A program made the position numbers and the translations under genes. Under the pieces are notes generated by a model that ran no database searches, had not been told where the DNA came from, and was given only the letters and a program-made list of their open reading frames with translations. A stretch of 35,697 nt of DNA from contig CAYFHS010000043.1 in the NCBI GenBank assembly GCA_964342815.1, positions 1 to 35,697 of the forward strand, read 5' to 3'. The stretch comes from an uncultured archaeon. GTDB lineage: Archaea > Thermoplasmatota > Penumbrarchaeia > JASLWR01. Shown in pieces: positions 29,201-35,697 of the stretch; the stretch's first letter is position 1; each line of letters starts with the position of its first letter.

Positions 29201-29362
29201 TGCAAACCGATATGCCAATTCTTCAAGGTTTTTTGTAAGTAAAAGGGGTTCAGCACATCCTGATCCGATGAATATGGTCTGCCCGTTCCGAATGTGGGAA
29301 AGAGCTTCCTCAGGTTTCACAACCTTGTCAGCTAACCGCTCCTGCCACCGTTTTTCGATCAT
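26237..29362 (-). CDS. Triple fusion: acetyl-CoA hydrolase/CoA-transferase-like domain (degenerate) + Pat-type GNAT acetyltransferase + Zn-dependent deacetylase (AcuC/HDAC family)
   Basis: aa 1-433 CoA-transferase fold (GSGCAEP, LGVSVD, VVTEYG..LRGLSIRERAIALISIAHPKFR); aa ~495-650 GNAT (FRPVKPSD, QGRGIG); aa ~661-1000 HDAC (HPFRPDR, GGFHHA, GFCYVND, DIDAHHG, GADTH..DPL, GGGGY). AAGGAG SD. Confidence 0.92.
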   Translation of the reverse strand: MIEKRWQERLADKVVKPEEALSHIRNGQTIFIGSGCAEPLLLTKNLEELAYRFADIRLIHMMAQGESRLARPEFVNSFRYNTFYIGRGLESAVTEGIADYTPINLSELPDAIAAGIICLDVALIQISEPDSSDKCSLGVSVDIAKAAVENADLVIAQVNENMPVTLGDTHISAESINYFVKGNAPLIEVPSPGLDPISLTIGRHIAKLINGGMTLHFDRTSISSATTRYLDSKNDLGIHTDIITDDLLRLIKSGAVTNRKKNINKGTTVATLAMGSKELYEAVNENPNIRLYPIEYVNNPFVISRNDNMVSVLTVQEMELSGLARLDTTSVSNTRSLPSSTDFIDGTRRSKNGLVIMALYSTSIDGLQSRIVPESSGQGVYYNRAKVDIVVTEYGSVYLRGLSIRERAIALISIAHPKFRRQLFEEAKRFQYISNDLFLPIDPGCIYPHQYSFHHTFYGRYSPKSPSNLFPTIEGHPYSLDEPISTKVDSTELNVYFRPVKPSDARRIQRMFYSLSEETIRMRYHGAVKTLTAENLQSITYIDYSQDVAIIGLVGPPSNPRVIAEGRYMYNPANKMGEFDIVVTEEVQGRGIGTFLANYLKKIAYSRGLAGVYAEVIVDNAPTMALLTKAWPTAEKHFDSGICIFMLRFPEEDIERPKDSIIVYSGRFNDYSYGEGHPFRPDRAGSTLRLINKEGFLKEPWMRMEEPRIIGRERLIESHDPTFIGALERANSGVWDESLIKFNLGGEDTPVFKNLFDYILLYTSATLTGVDLIINENANVVFNPLGGFHHASRNWAEGFCYVNDVIMAIDAFLAHGLRVAYIDIDAHHGNGVQSAYYKDDRVLTVSLHQTGKSLYPWSGFEDEIGENKGQGYNINIPLPPGTDDESFEMVFDGIVTQAVNQFQPNVVVAVVGADTHKNDPLTDLNLTNNGMVEAVKRIRDYSKQLLLLGGGGYNVKSTSQAWCRIWAAANRKDSMPVYLTVLGGTFMSSEGLEGGEIVDLTYRITGEEKTKILDELDRITRFHKEHTIPIIESIGCCKPGS

Positions 29363-29565
29363 ATTAACTCCTTGATTAGCCCTTTCAAGTTATGGTTTTT
29401 TTATTATAATAAATCATCTCGTATCGATTGAGTTAGTTCCACCCTTTTCACTGTGTCGGATGAAGTGTAAATTCTGATATATCTGAAGAAATGGACTGTG
29501 CTTTAGCAAAATCTATCCTCAAATAAATCTAATAAAAAACAGGACAGAAGATCTAAAATCCCCGT

Positions 29566-31143
29566 TTAGACCTTGATCTCAAGATGAGTCTTGTAGGCAT
29601 TGTAGAAATGAGTGATATAGTCCTCACTGAATTTGATCGTCGGAGATTGGCCCCTTGACAGATAGGTCCAAGACGTGTAATAACTCTCTATATCCAGAGG
29701 GCTCGTAGGAATATCCGGTTTCTTTTTATATACCTTCAGATCATCTGCAAATTCCTGTATAGTAAAAAGTTCGGCACCATCTTTTTCAGTGATTTTCCAA
29801 TGGTAGTTGTCTATCTTATCGACCTTTGTATCACTTGGCAGGTCAATTTTTCCTTTGTCGTTGAATAGCTTTCTTATGGCTGGGCTAACGTCGGCATCCT
29901 CAGTCATGGAGGCTTCATCGGTGAAATTAAAAAGATATTCTCTCCTCTCTCCACCAGGATCCTCCCAGTCCGAATATCTATTCGCATCCCTTTTCAGGAA
30001 AAGGTCGTTTACGGGATCAACAATGGGTTCCTCGAAATCTCCGTTCTTCATTGGAGCCAACATCTTTGCCCACCCATGTCCTTCCCAAGCGTCATCCGGG
30101 TTGGTTATAGCTTCGAACTGATTGTAGAGCGCACCAGCTTCAAGCCAGGCAGGAATTCCCACGGCCCGGCACATGGTAATAAACAGGATCGCCTGATCAT
30201 CACAATCCCCGTAACCGTCGTGTAGAGTGGTGTATGCGGGCTTGGGTTTTCCAAAGAACCTTGCATGGTCTAAATCCATCTGTTTCGGGGTGGGATATGC
30301 AAAACCTCCCCCTTCCCAGCCATAGGTAACGTTTTCGAAGCTGCCGCCACGGTCTAAGAAATCATATATCTTGAAAGCCATCATGTAAACATTCTTTTCC
30401 TTTCCCACTAGATGCTTTGCCAATGAATTCAAAAGTGGGTTGTTTGGTTCTATCCTGTAATCCGGAACCATTGAATCGTTGTCGATATCCCTGTAAGGGC
30501 GGGGGCGGGGCGTAGAGGGGTTGTCGTTATAAACCTCCCATCGATCTCCCGTATAATTGATGGTGTAGGCTTCCGGGACCTTATCTATGTTGGCCGTATT
30601 CTGCGCATTGATGTTCCAGTCGGCGGTAAAGCTCTTCATGTGATAGGTTACCCGTATCTCCACTTTTTGCTGTCCTGTAATTGTCCCTTTCCAGTACACC
30701 AAATCCGAAGTTTCATTTAGTTTCCCTTTGATATGTGAATTCTTACTGTCGAACTTAATCACCTTTTGTATCTCGTTGTCGTTGATCTCAATATTTTTTG
30801 GGACGGTCATGGAAAGTGTGTATTCAAGGTCCCCACCGCTGGATTCAAGGGTAAGAACACGTTCAACTTTGAACTCGGAGAATTCCGGATCTTCATTATA
30901 ATATTCCAAACCTGCTTTGAGATATTCAAACAGACCGTCCCGATAGGGTTTCCAACTGGGAAGCACCATGACGAGAATGAGCAGAACCAAGATTGCGAGC
31001 GCCACACCTTTTGTTAATAAGTTAGAAATTGTAGAACCCCAATTCCTTTTACGGCGTTTTTTGGCTGGTTTCTCTTTAGGTGGAGGCATATCGAAGGGTG
31101 GTCTCACGTCATAGTCCCGCATGAGTATGAGTATGCTTATCAC
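29566..31143 (-). CDS. Membrane-anchored transglutaminase-like (Cys-His-Asp) protein
   Basis: GDCDDQAILFITMCRAVGIPA, GHGWAK, VDP; basic N-tail plus single TM. The true start may be a downstream ATG. Confidence 0.85.
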   Translation of the reverse strand: MISILILMRDYDVRPPFDMPPPKEKPAKKRRKRNWGSTISNLLTKGVALAILVLLILVMVLPSWKPYRDGLFEYLKAGLEYYNEDPEFSEFKVERVLTLESSGGDLEYTLSMTVPKNIEINDNEIQKVIKFDSKNSHIKGKLNETSDLVYWKGTITGQQKVEIRVTYHMKSFTADWNINAQNTANIDKVPEAYTINYTGDRWEVYNDNPSTPRPRPYRDIDNDSMVPDYRIEPNNPLLNSLAKHLVGKEKNVYMMAFKIYDFLDRGGSFENVTYGWEGGGFAYPTPKQMDLDHARFFGKPKPAYTTLHDGYGDCDDQAILFITMCRAVGIPAWLEAGALYNQFEAITNPDDAWEGHGWAKMLAPMKNGDFEEPIVDPVNDLFLKRDANRYSDWEDPGGERREYLFNFTDEASMTEDADVSPAIRKLFNDKGKIDLPSDTKVDKIDNYHWKITEKDGAELFTIQEFADDLKVYKKKPDIPTSPLDIESYYTSWTYLSRGQSPTIKFSEDYITHFYNAYKTHLEIKV

Positions 31144-31386
31144 ATTATTTTTATCTTTTGTACAAATATAATCGTTTTATGGGTTGTCAGGGTTTATAGT
31201 AAAATAATAAGATGTCATCAAATAAATCTCGTAAAATCTCATCATTACTGCAGTGAAATTTAAAACAGAAGGAAGTTAAATCATGATCGGGGGGATGTTG
31301 AAGATACATATGAATGGAAAATGATACTGGTGAAATCGAATTTTTTCTTGACCGCGGAGGCTAACCCCAATATGGCAGGTATATAA

Positions 31387-32040
31387 TTATATCAAATATC
31401 TCAATATCTCTCGGAGGTTCTTTTTGTATACTACGAAATCCGCATTCTTTACAACATATGTATTTTCCGGATTGAAAGCTATTGAAATACCGGAATTATC
31501 GAACATATTCACATCTATTCGGGAGTCGCCTACGGCGGCACACTCTCCCGGTTGAATGTTCAGCCGGGCTTGAAGATTTATCAGGGGAGTACTCTTGTCA
31601 TTCAATTTGACATTGACAATTCCATCTCCCGTAAGGTATCCGTCTTCATCTACTTCCAGAGAGTTGGAAAGTGCTCCATCTAATCCGAATCTTTTCACCA
31701 GGTTTTGGGCTAGCATTTCCAGCCCCCCGCTCAAAATTACACATTTGATCCCTCTTTCTTTCAGTGCGAAAACAGTATCCCCGACACCTTTCATTACTGG
31801 AATAGAGCTTAGTATCTCTCGGATCGTTGATATGTGGATTCGCTTTTGTTTACCAAGCCAGAGAGCAACATCTCGTTTGATAAACTCTTGATCGTCTATA
31901 TCTCCGGAATGATACAAGGCTAGTGAATGGTCATTACAAGTACCGAAATGATCGTGGATCCAGACCCAGGATGAAAAATAATCTACAAGTACGCCATCCA
32001 TATCGAAGACTACAAGCTTTATATCATTGCTGCCGCCCAT
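31387..32040 (-). CDS. HAD-IB family phosphatase (phosphoserine phosphatase-like)
   Basis: FDMDGVL (motif I), ILSGG (II), K (III), VGDSRID (IV). Confidence 0.9.
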   Translation of the reverse strand: MGGSNDIKLVVFDMDGVLVDYFSSWVWIHDHFGTCNDHSLALYHSGDIDDQEFIKRDVALWLGKQKRIHISTIREILSSIPVMKGVGDTVFALKERGIKCVILSGGLEMLAQNLVKRFGLDGALSNSLEVDEDGYLTGDGIVNVKLNDKSTPLINLQARLNIQPGECAAVGDSRIDVNMFDNSGISIAFNPENTYVVKNADFVVYKKNLREILRYLI

Positions 32041-32094
32041 GTGATGTCACATCGTGATCCAAAATGCTTTTTTTAGGGAAGGAGATGACCTTCG

Positions 32095-32199
32095 CCCCTA
32101 AAATCCCGCCTCTCTTTTATTATCTGAATGTGTGGGTGATAACGACTGTACGATCACATATAAAAAGAGGGAGTTGTTAAGGGGGATTCTCCCCCTTAA
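32095..32199. repeat. Composite inverted-repeat (REP/MITE-like) element downstream of the SRP RNA
   Basis: CCTCTCTTTTA (32109-19) pairs with TAAAAAGAGG (32161-70) with one bulge; the separate palindrome TTAAGGGGGA-TTC-TCCCCCTTAA at 32177-99 is perfect in its arms. Confidence 0.45.
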
Positions 32200-32205
32200 A
32201 AAAAA

Positions 32206-32526
32206 CCAGGCACGACCGGAGTGGACATCCTAGTCTGACATCAACGACCCGCTATCAAGCTCGTCCCCGCTACCTCAAGAGCGTTAAGAGTCCACGGTAA
32301 GGCTGCTCCCTTCCGGGCCTCACCCGGTGTCCATGGTGAATGCAACGGGAATTGCCCTCCGGCAACACCGCAGCAACCTTTAACCCCATGAGACGAGAAC
32401 TCATCGCAATCCTACGGATTGACATCCTACTGGTTATGCCGCCTCCGGACATTCAGTCTCCGCCTAGAACGATTTCGGTATGTCCGTAAACATATAGGGG
32501 ACGTTCAACCCCCCGACCTAGCCTGG
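32206..32526 (-). ncRNA. ffs: Archaeal signal recognition particle 7S RNA (321 nt)
   Basis: Minus strand begins CCAGGCUAGGUCGGGGGGUUGAACGUCCCC (Alu domain); helix 6 UUGCC-GGAG-GGCAA; helix 8 AGGCCCGGAAGGGAGCAGCC; 3' GCCUGG pairs with the 5' end (helix 1); followed by U8. Confidence 0.96.
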
Positions 32527-32550
32527 CAAATCCCGCCAAACTCGTTTTAG

Positions 32551-32570
32551 ATAATAATACTTTTCTTCGG
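32551..32570 (-). promoter_or_regulatory. BRE-TATA promoter of the SRP RNA
   Basis: Minus strand CCGAAGAAAAGTATTATTAT about 25 nt upstream of the RNA 5' end. Confidence 0.6.
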
Positions 32571-32683
32571 TATTATCATGATTTCTCAACTTCAGCACAG
32601 TAGAACTAAAACACAAAAAAAACTATCAAACCGCATAGCCACCATTATATGAAAAAAGATCAAAAACTGTTTCATCGAAATAG

Positions 32684-32710
32684 AAAAAGCCCGTGCAGTC
32701 CAGCACGGGC
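32684..32710 (-). terminator. Hairpin + U-tract terminator after the SPFH gene
   Basis: Minus strand GCCCGUGC-UGGACU-GCACGGGC-UUUUU, 15 nt after the stop codon. Confidence 0.7.
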
Positions 32711-32725
32711 ATGTTTGTGAAAAAA

Positions 32726-34180
32726 TTATTTCAGTGATTCACCGCAGAACGGGCACATTGCAAAATCGGGTTCCACCGCTTTACCACAATTCCAGCAAGC
32801 GTTGCCGGGTGGTGGGGGCGTGTTCGCATCGACGTGCATCTTGGTCGATACACCTCCGCCTTGTACCAGGGTCTGGGGTCCCTGCTGCTTTGAGGCTTCC
32901 ATCAGGTGGGCCGCTTCCTTGTTCATGTTAATCTGGTGTTCGCGTTCCCTGTCCTCTGCAGCCTTGTAGGTATCGAGATTGTGCCTCTGGGCTTCGGCGG
33001 CTGACAGGTCCTTTACCTTGGAGCCTTCCCGGTCTAGAGCCTTCTGCATGGTCATCTGCCTCATCATCTCCTGGATCGATCCCGAATCCGCCGCTCCCGA
33101 TGCAACGGCCTGCTGCATGATTGCCTGCATAGCCTCGGTCTGCATACCCATCTGCGCATTCTGATGGTCCATGGCCTGCTGCTGCCTTGCCATCTTCATT
33201 GCATTTAGCTGCTGTTTTGCACCCATTGCTTGAGACAGTTCACGGGCGTCCTGCTCGGCTTCCAGCTCCGCCACGGACTTTTTCCTTCGAAATTGTTCAT
33301 CGAAGATGTCCTTGCTTTTGTCCATCTTGTGCTCGTGCTTCATCTTGTCGCGCTCAATGGCTGAATCCATATGAGTAGTCTTAAGTGATTCCTTGCCGGA
33401 TACTTCACCACGCCGCAGATCCCACTTGTCCTGGCGGAGTTTCTCCACCTTGTCGTGTTTCCTCTGCTGTTTGGCTGTCCAAGCGTCGTGGTCGATCTCG
33501 TGCTTCGAGGTTTTAAGATCGGCTTTCGTCCGGTGTTCCTCCACCGCATCGTGCATTGTCTTCTTCCAGTTGGTGAACATCTTTACAACGGACATTCCCC
33601 ACATGGCGAAGGTCTTCCGCATCTCGATCATGGCCGCGGTTTCCATGTCCTTTATTATATCGACGTTACCGTGGAACTCCTCTTTGCTGTACTTTGCAAT
33701 CCGGTTCTTGAAGACCATGGATACGATCTCGTCGTAGATCTTCTGCTGAAGCGCCTTTTTCGTCAATAAGCTCTTTGCTCTCATGAGAGTAAGAACCTGT
33801 GTGGCATTCTCCGAGGACAATGTAAATCGGAGGGTGCATTTGCCCTTTATAGGCATATGATCCTTAGTCGATGCTATCACAGGAAAGATCAACTCGATAG
33901 GTGCTATATCCATGAATAGGATCTTGTACTTCTTCCTGTCAAGTATGCCGAATAATTTTTTGATACGTGTCTGTGTTATAACATCCTCGACCTTGCCATC
34001 GGTAACGATCACCGCGCATTCGTTGGGTTCGATGGTCATATCCTTCAGCATGTCTTTCTTGAAAATGAACTTACGTTCTTTCTCCTCGCCTTTGGCAATT
34101 ATTCTGGCAACAATTTGATCGGGGGGTATCGGTGCACCTTTGATCACTTTCCAGTGCCATTTCTTGTATGCTTCTGACAT
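32726..34180 (-). CDS. Soluble SPFH/band-7 (YdjI / Band_7_1-like) protein with long coiled coil and C-terminal Zn ribbon
   Basis: IEPNECAVIVTDGKV and the SPFH-like core ending GMSVVKMF; charged and then Q/M/A-rich helical region; PPPP linker; CWNC..CPFC; GGAGG SD. Confidence 0.8.
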   Translation of the reverse strand: MSEAYKKWHWKVIKGAPIPPDQIVARIIAKGEEKERKFIFKKDMLKDMTIEPNECAVIVTDGKVEDVITQTRIKKLFGILDRKKYKILFMDIAPIELIFPVIASTKDHMPIKGKCTLRFTLSSENATQVLTLMRAKSLLTKKALQQKIYDEIVSMVFKNRIAKYSKEEFHGNVDIIKDMETAAMIEMRKTFAMWGMSVVKMFTNWKKTMHDAVEEHRTKADLKTSKHEIDHDAWTAKQQRKHDKVEKLRQDKWDLRRGEVSGKESLKTTHMDSAIERDKMKHEHKMDKSKDIFDEQFRRKKSVAELEAEQDARELSQAMGAKQQLNAMKMARQQQAMDHQNAQMGMQTEAMQAIMQQAVASGAADSGSIQEMMRQMTMQKALDREGSKVKDLSAAEAQRHNLDTYKAAEDREREHQINMNKEAAHLMEASKQQGPQTLVQGGGVSTKMHVDANTPPPPGNACWNCGKAVEPDFAMCPFCGESLK

Positions 34181-34193
34181 CTTTTAACCTCCA

Positions 34194-34802
34194 TTATAGT
34201 TTCTTGATATATTCGATCCTGTTCGTGAACTCGTTTCTGGCCGTGGTAATGTACTGCTTAATCTTCCTTAGCTCCTTTACAGCTTCAAGAGAGCTGTCCT
34301 TCCCGAGATACTTGGTCTGGACCCTTGCTGCAGCCTTGACCAGCTGGTTCATCAGGTCGATTATGGATGCATCGAATTTTGTCAACTGCTTAATCATTCC
34401 ACCGCCGACCGATCTCTGAGGTGAGAAGAACGAATATTTATGGCCGCTTTCAGCCAGATCAACTTCGTCTGAAAAAACATCAAGTTGGTCCTGTGCTTTT
34501 CGAACCTCCTGTTGGGTCTTCATATCTCCGTCGTTATAGGCATCTTCGAGGATATCCGTCAAAACCTCTCGGGCTTTATCGATCTCCTCCAATACCCTTC
34601 GCCGTATTGCGAGGTCGTCTTCCTTTCTCCTCGATCCCTTGTACCCTGAGTATGAGCTTATGGTTCGCTGGACCTGAAGAAAGTGCTCTTTTTTCTCGAT
34701 GACCTTCACCCGTGTTGGCATTATCGGACGTTGGCCGTCTTCATTCTTCTTTTTTTTGCTTCCAAACAGCATAAAAACCACCTGTATCTCCTCATTAAAC
34801 AC
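34194..34802 (-). CDS. Conserved all-helical hypothetical protein; probable start ATG 34772
   Basis: SYSGYKGSRRKEDDLAIR..D..SGHKYSFF..FDASII resembles a widespread uncharacterised family (recalled, not searched). Its stop is 13 nt from the SPFH start. Confidence 0.7.
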   Translation of the reverse strand: MFNEEIQVVFMLFGSKKKKNEDGQRPIMPTRVKVIEKKEHFLQVQRTISSYSGYKGSRRKEDDLAIRRRVLEEIDKAREVLTDILEDAYNDGDMKTQQEVRKAQDQLDVFSDEVDLAESGHKYSFFSPQRSVGGGMIKQLTKFDASIIDLMNQLVKAAARVQTKYLGKDSSLEAVKELRKIKQYITTARNEFTNRIEYIKKL

Positions 34803-34906
34803 AATTGTCCTTTAATTAATTTTCCCTTAATATCCAAAATCACCAGTGTATAGACATCGAATAAAACAGGGTTGGAAGAAAATGAAAATGAACAAATCCG
34901 GGTCGG

Positions 34907-35605
34907 TTATATTTTGGATACAAGACCATACAATATTTTTAAGGGATCCTCTGATTTGACCACGCCCGACGCCAGAAGGACACCACAGGTTCCCAGCTCC
35001 ACCGCCATTGCTACATCATCTCCGTTCTTAACGCCAGCACCGGTAAGAACCCGAACATCCGGGGCGATCTTCCGGATGGAATCCACAGTCCGTCGTACGA
35101 TATCGGGGTCCGCAGTGGTGACTGATATATCGCCCCCTATCAGTTCAGGCGGCTCTACTGCGACAAAATCCGGTTTCAGCACAGAACATGCACGCGATAC
35201 CGATATATCATTGGTACATACCAGTGATAAAAAGTCCAGCTCCCTGCACCGTGTTATAATATCTGAAATGTCAGCGATACCGATCCTGTGTTCCGAATGA
35301 TTTATTAGAGTCCCACTGGCCCCGGCGCTTTTGACAGATTCAGGTGTCACCCATCCCGTGGTGGAACCGGTGGATACGTTATCGATATGCTGTGCAAAAA
35401 TCGGTAGATCAACTTTGTTGCAAAGAAGGGCCAGATCCACCTGCTGCGGGCACACGACGAACTCGATGCCCGTCTCCTCGGCAACCTGCTTGCACATATT
35501 GGCAAGTCTCAATGCACCACCCTGGTTGATCTCAGGGTAAGTTTTCATATTTAGCACGATAATGGGTTCTTTCATTGTATCAGCACCAATTTTTGGTGGG
35601 GGCAT
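34907..35605 (-). CDS. tpiA: Triosephosphate isomerase, archaeal type; probable start ATG 35575
   Basis: LNMKTY, NHSEHR, AVEPPELIGG, GAGVK, LLASGVVK. Confidence 0.96.
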   Translation of the reverse strand: MPPPKIGADTMKEPIIVLNMKTYPEINQGGALRLANMCKQVAEETGIEFVVCPQQVDLALLCNKVDLPIFAQHIDNVSTGSTTGWVTPESVKSAGASGTLINHSEHRIGIADISDIITRCRELDFLSLVCTNDISVSRACSVLKPDFVAVEPPELIGGDISVTTADPDIVRRTVDSIRKIAPDVRVLTGAGVKNGDDVAMAVELGTCGVLLASGVVKSEDPLKILYGLVSKI

Positions 35606-35697
35606 CTTAATACTACTTTCATATAAATTGGTTTGTATTTTTTTTTCATCATATAGGAAATACAGACCATGCCTACTTTGTTCCGCAGAATCAGAGA

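Noticed and set aside
21081-32052. GTGAT(A/G)TCAC palindromes at the start codons of amzA (21081-90) and the HAD gene (32041-50)
   Set aside because: GTGA is expected near archaeal starts (SD or GTG codon). Two 10-mers are insufficient evidence for an operator.
13848-34180. GC contrast (spot counts: 16/60 at 14101-14160 versus 36/60 at 33061-33120) as evidence of horizontal transfer
   Set aside because: Largely explainable by amino-acid composition (Ile/Asn/Phe versus Ala/Gln/Met). No boundaries or mobility genes, and only spot counts were done.
34194-34802. Helical partner of SPFH as a PspA/ESCRT-III homologue
   Set aside because: It lacks the PspA N-terminal amphipathic and long hairpin sequence pattern; only the SPFH context suggested it.
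178-35540. Numerous 60-230 aa ORFs nested antisense or out of frame within the main genes (e.g. 8609..9202, 10949..11644, 5845..6282, 34872..35300)
   Set aside because: They are shadows of well-supported genes, with no recognisable motifs or independent expression signals.
1-35697. CRISPR array, tRNA, rRNA, RNase P RNA, integrase/transposase, reverse transcriptase/DGR
   Set aside because: No repeat-spacer periodicity, T-loop/cloverleaf, RNase P core motifs or relevant protein motifs were found by eye.

Overview
Archaeal chromosomal window with no clear mobile element. It is most consistent with a non-acidophilic Thermoplasmatota-like euryarchaeon; this is inferred from PolD DP1, archaeal TpiA, 7S SRP RNA, a proteasome alpha subunit, archaemetzincin, long-form PurA and BRE/TATA promoters. 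Positions 147-16853 hold four very large membrane-anchored surface proteins around polB (DP1), a TPR membrane protein and an SCP2 protein. Positions 17082-35605 hold housekeeping, regulatory and proteostasis genes plus the SRP RNA. The most interesting items are: (1) a 1041-aa triple fusion of a catalytically degenerate CoA-transferase, a Pat-type GNAT acetyltransferase and an intact Zn-dependent deacetylase, i.e. a possible one-polypeptide sensor/writer/eraser; (2) a ~190-nt multi-hairpin leader or ncRNA between a TATA box and a divergent, out-of-context proteasome alpha gene; (3) a soluble SPFH/coiled-coil/Zn-ribbon protein coupled to a helical partner; (4) a 37-bp duplicated promoter flanking a lipoprotein gene; and (5) a PstS domain on an FN3/Ig stalk. 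No tRNA, rRNA, CRISPR array, integrase or transposase was seen. Family assignments come from motif recognition by eye; no database search was run.
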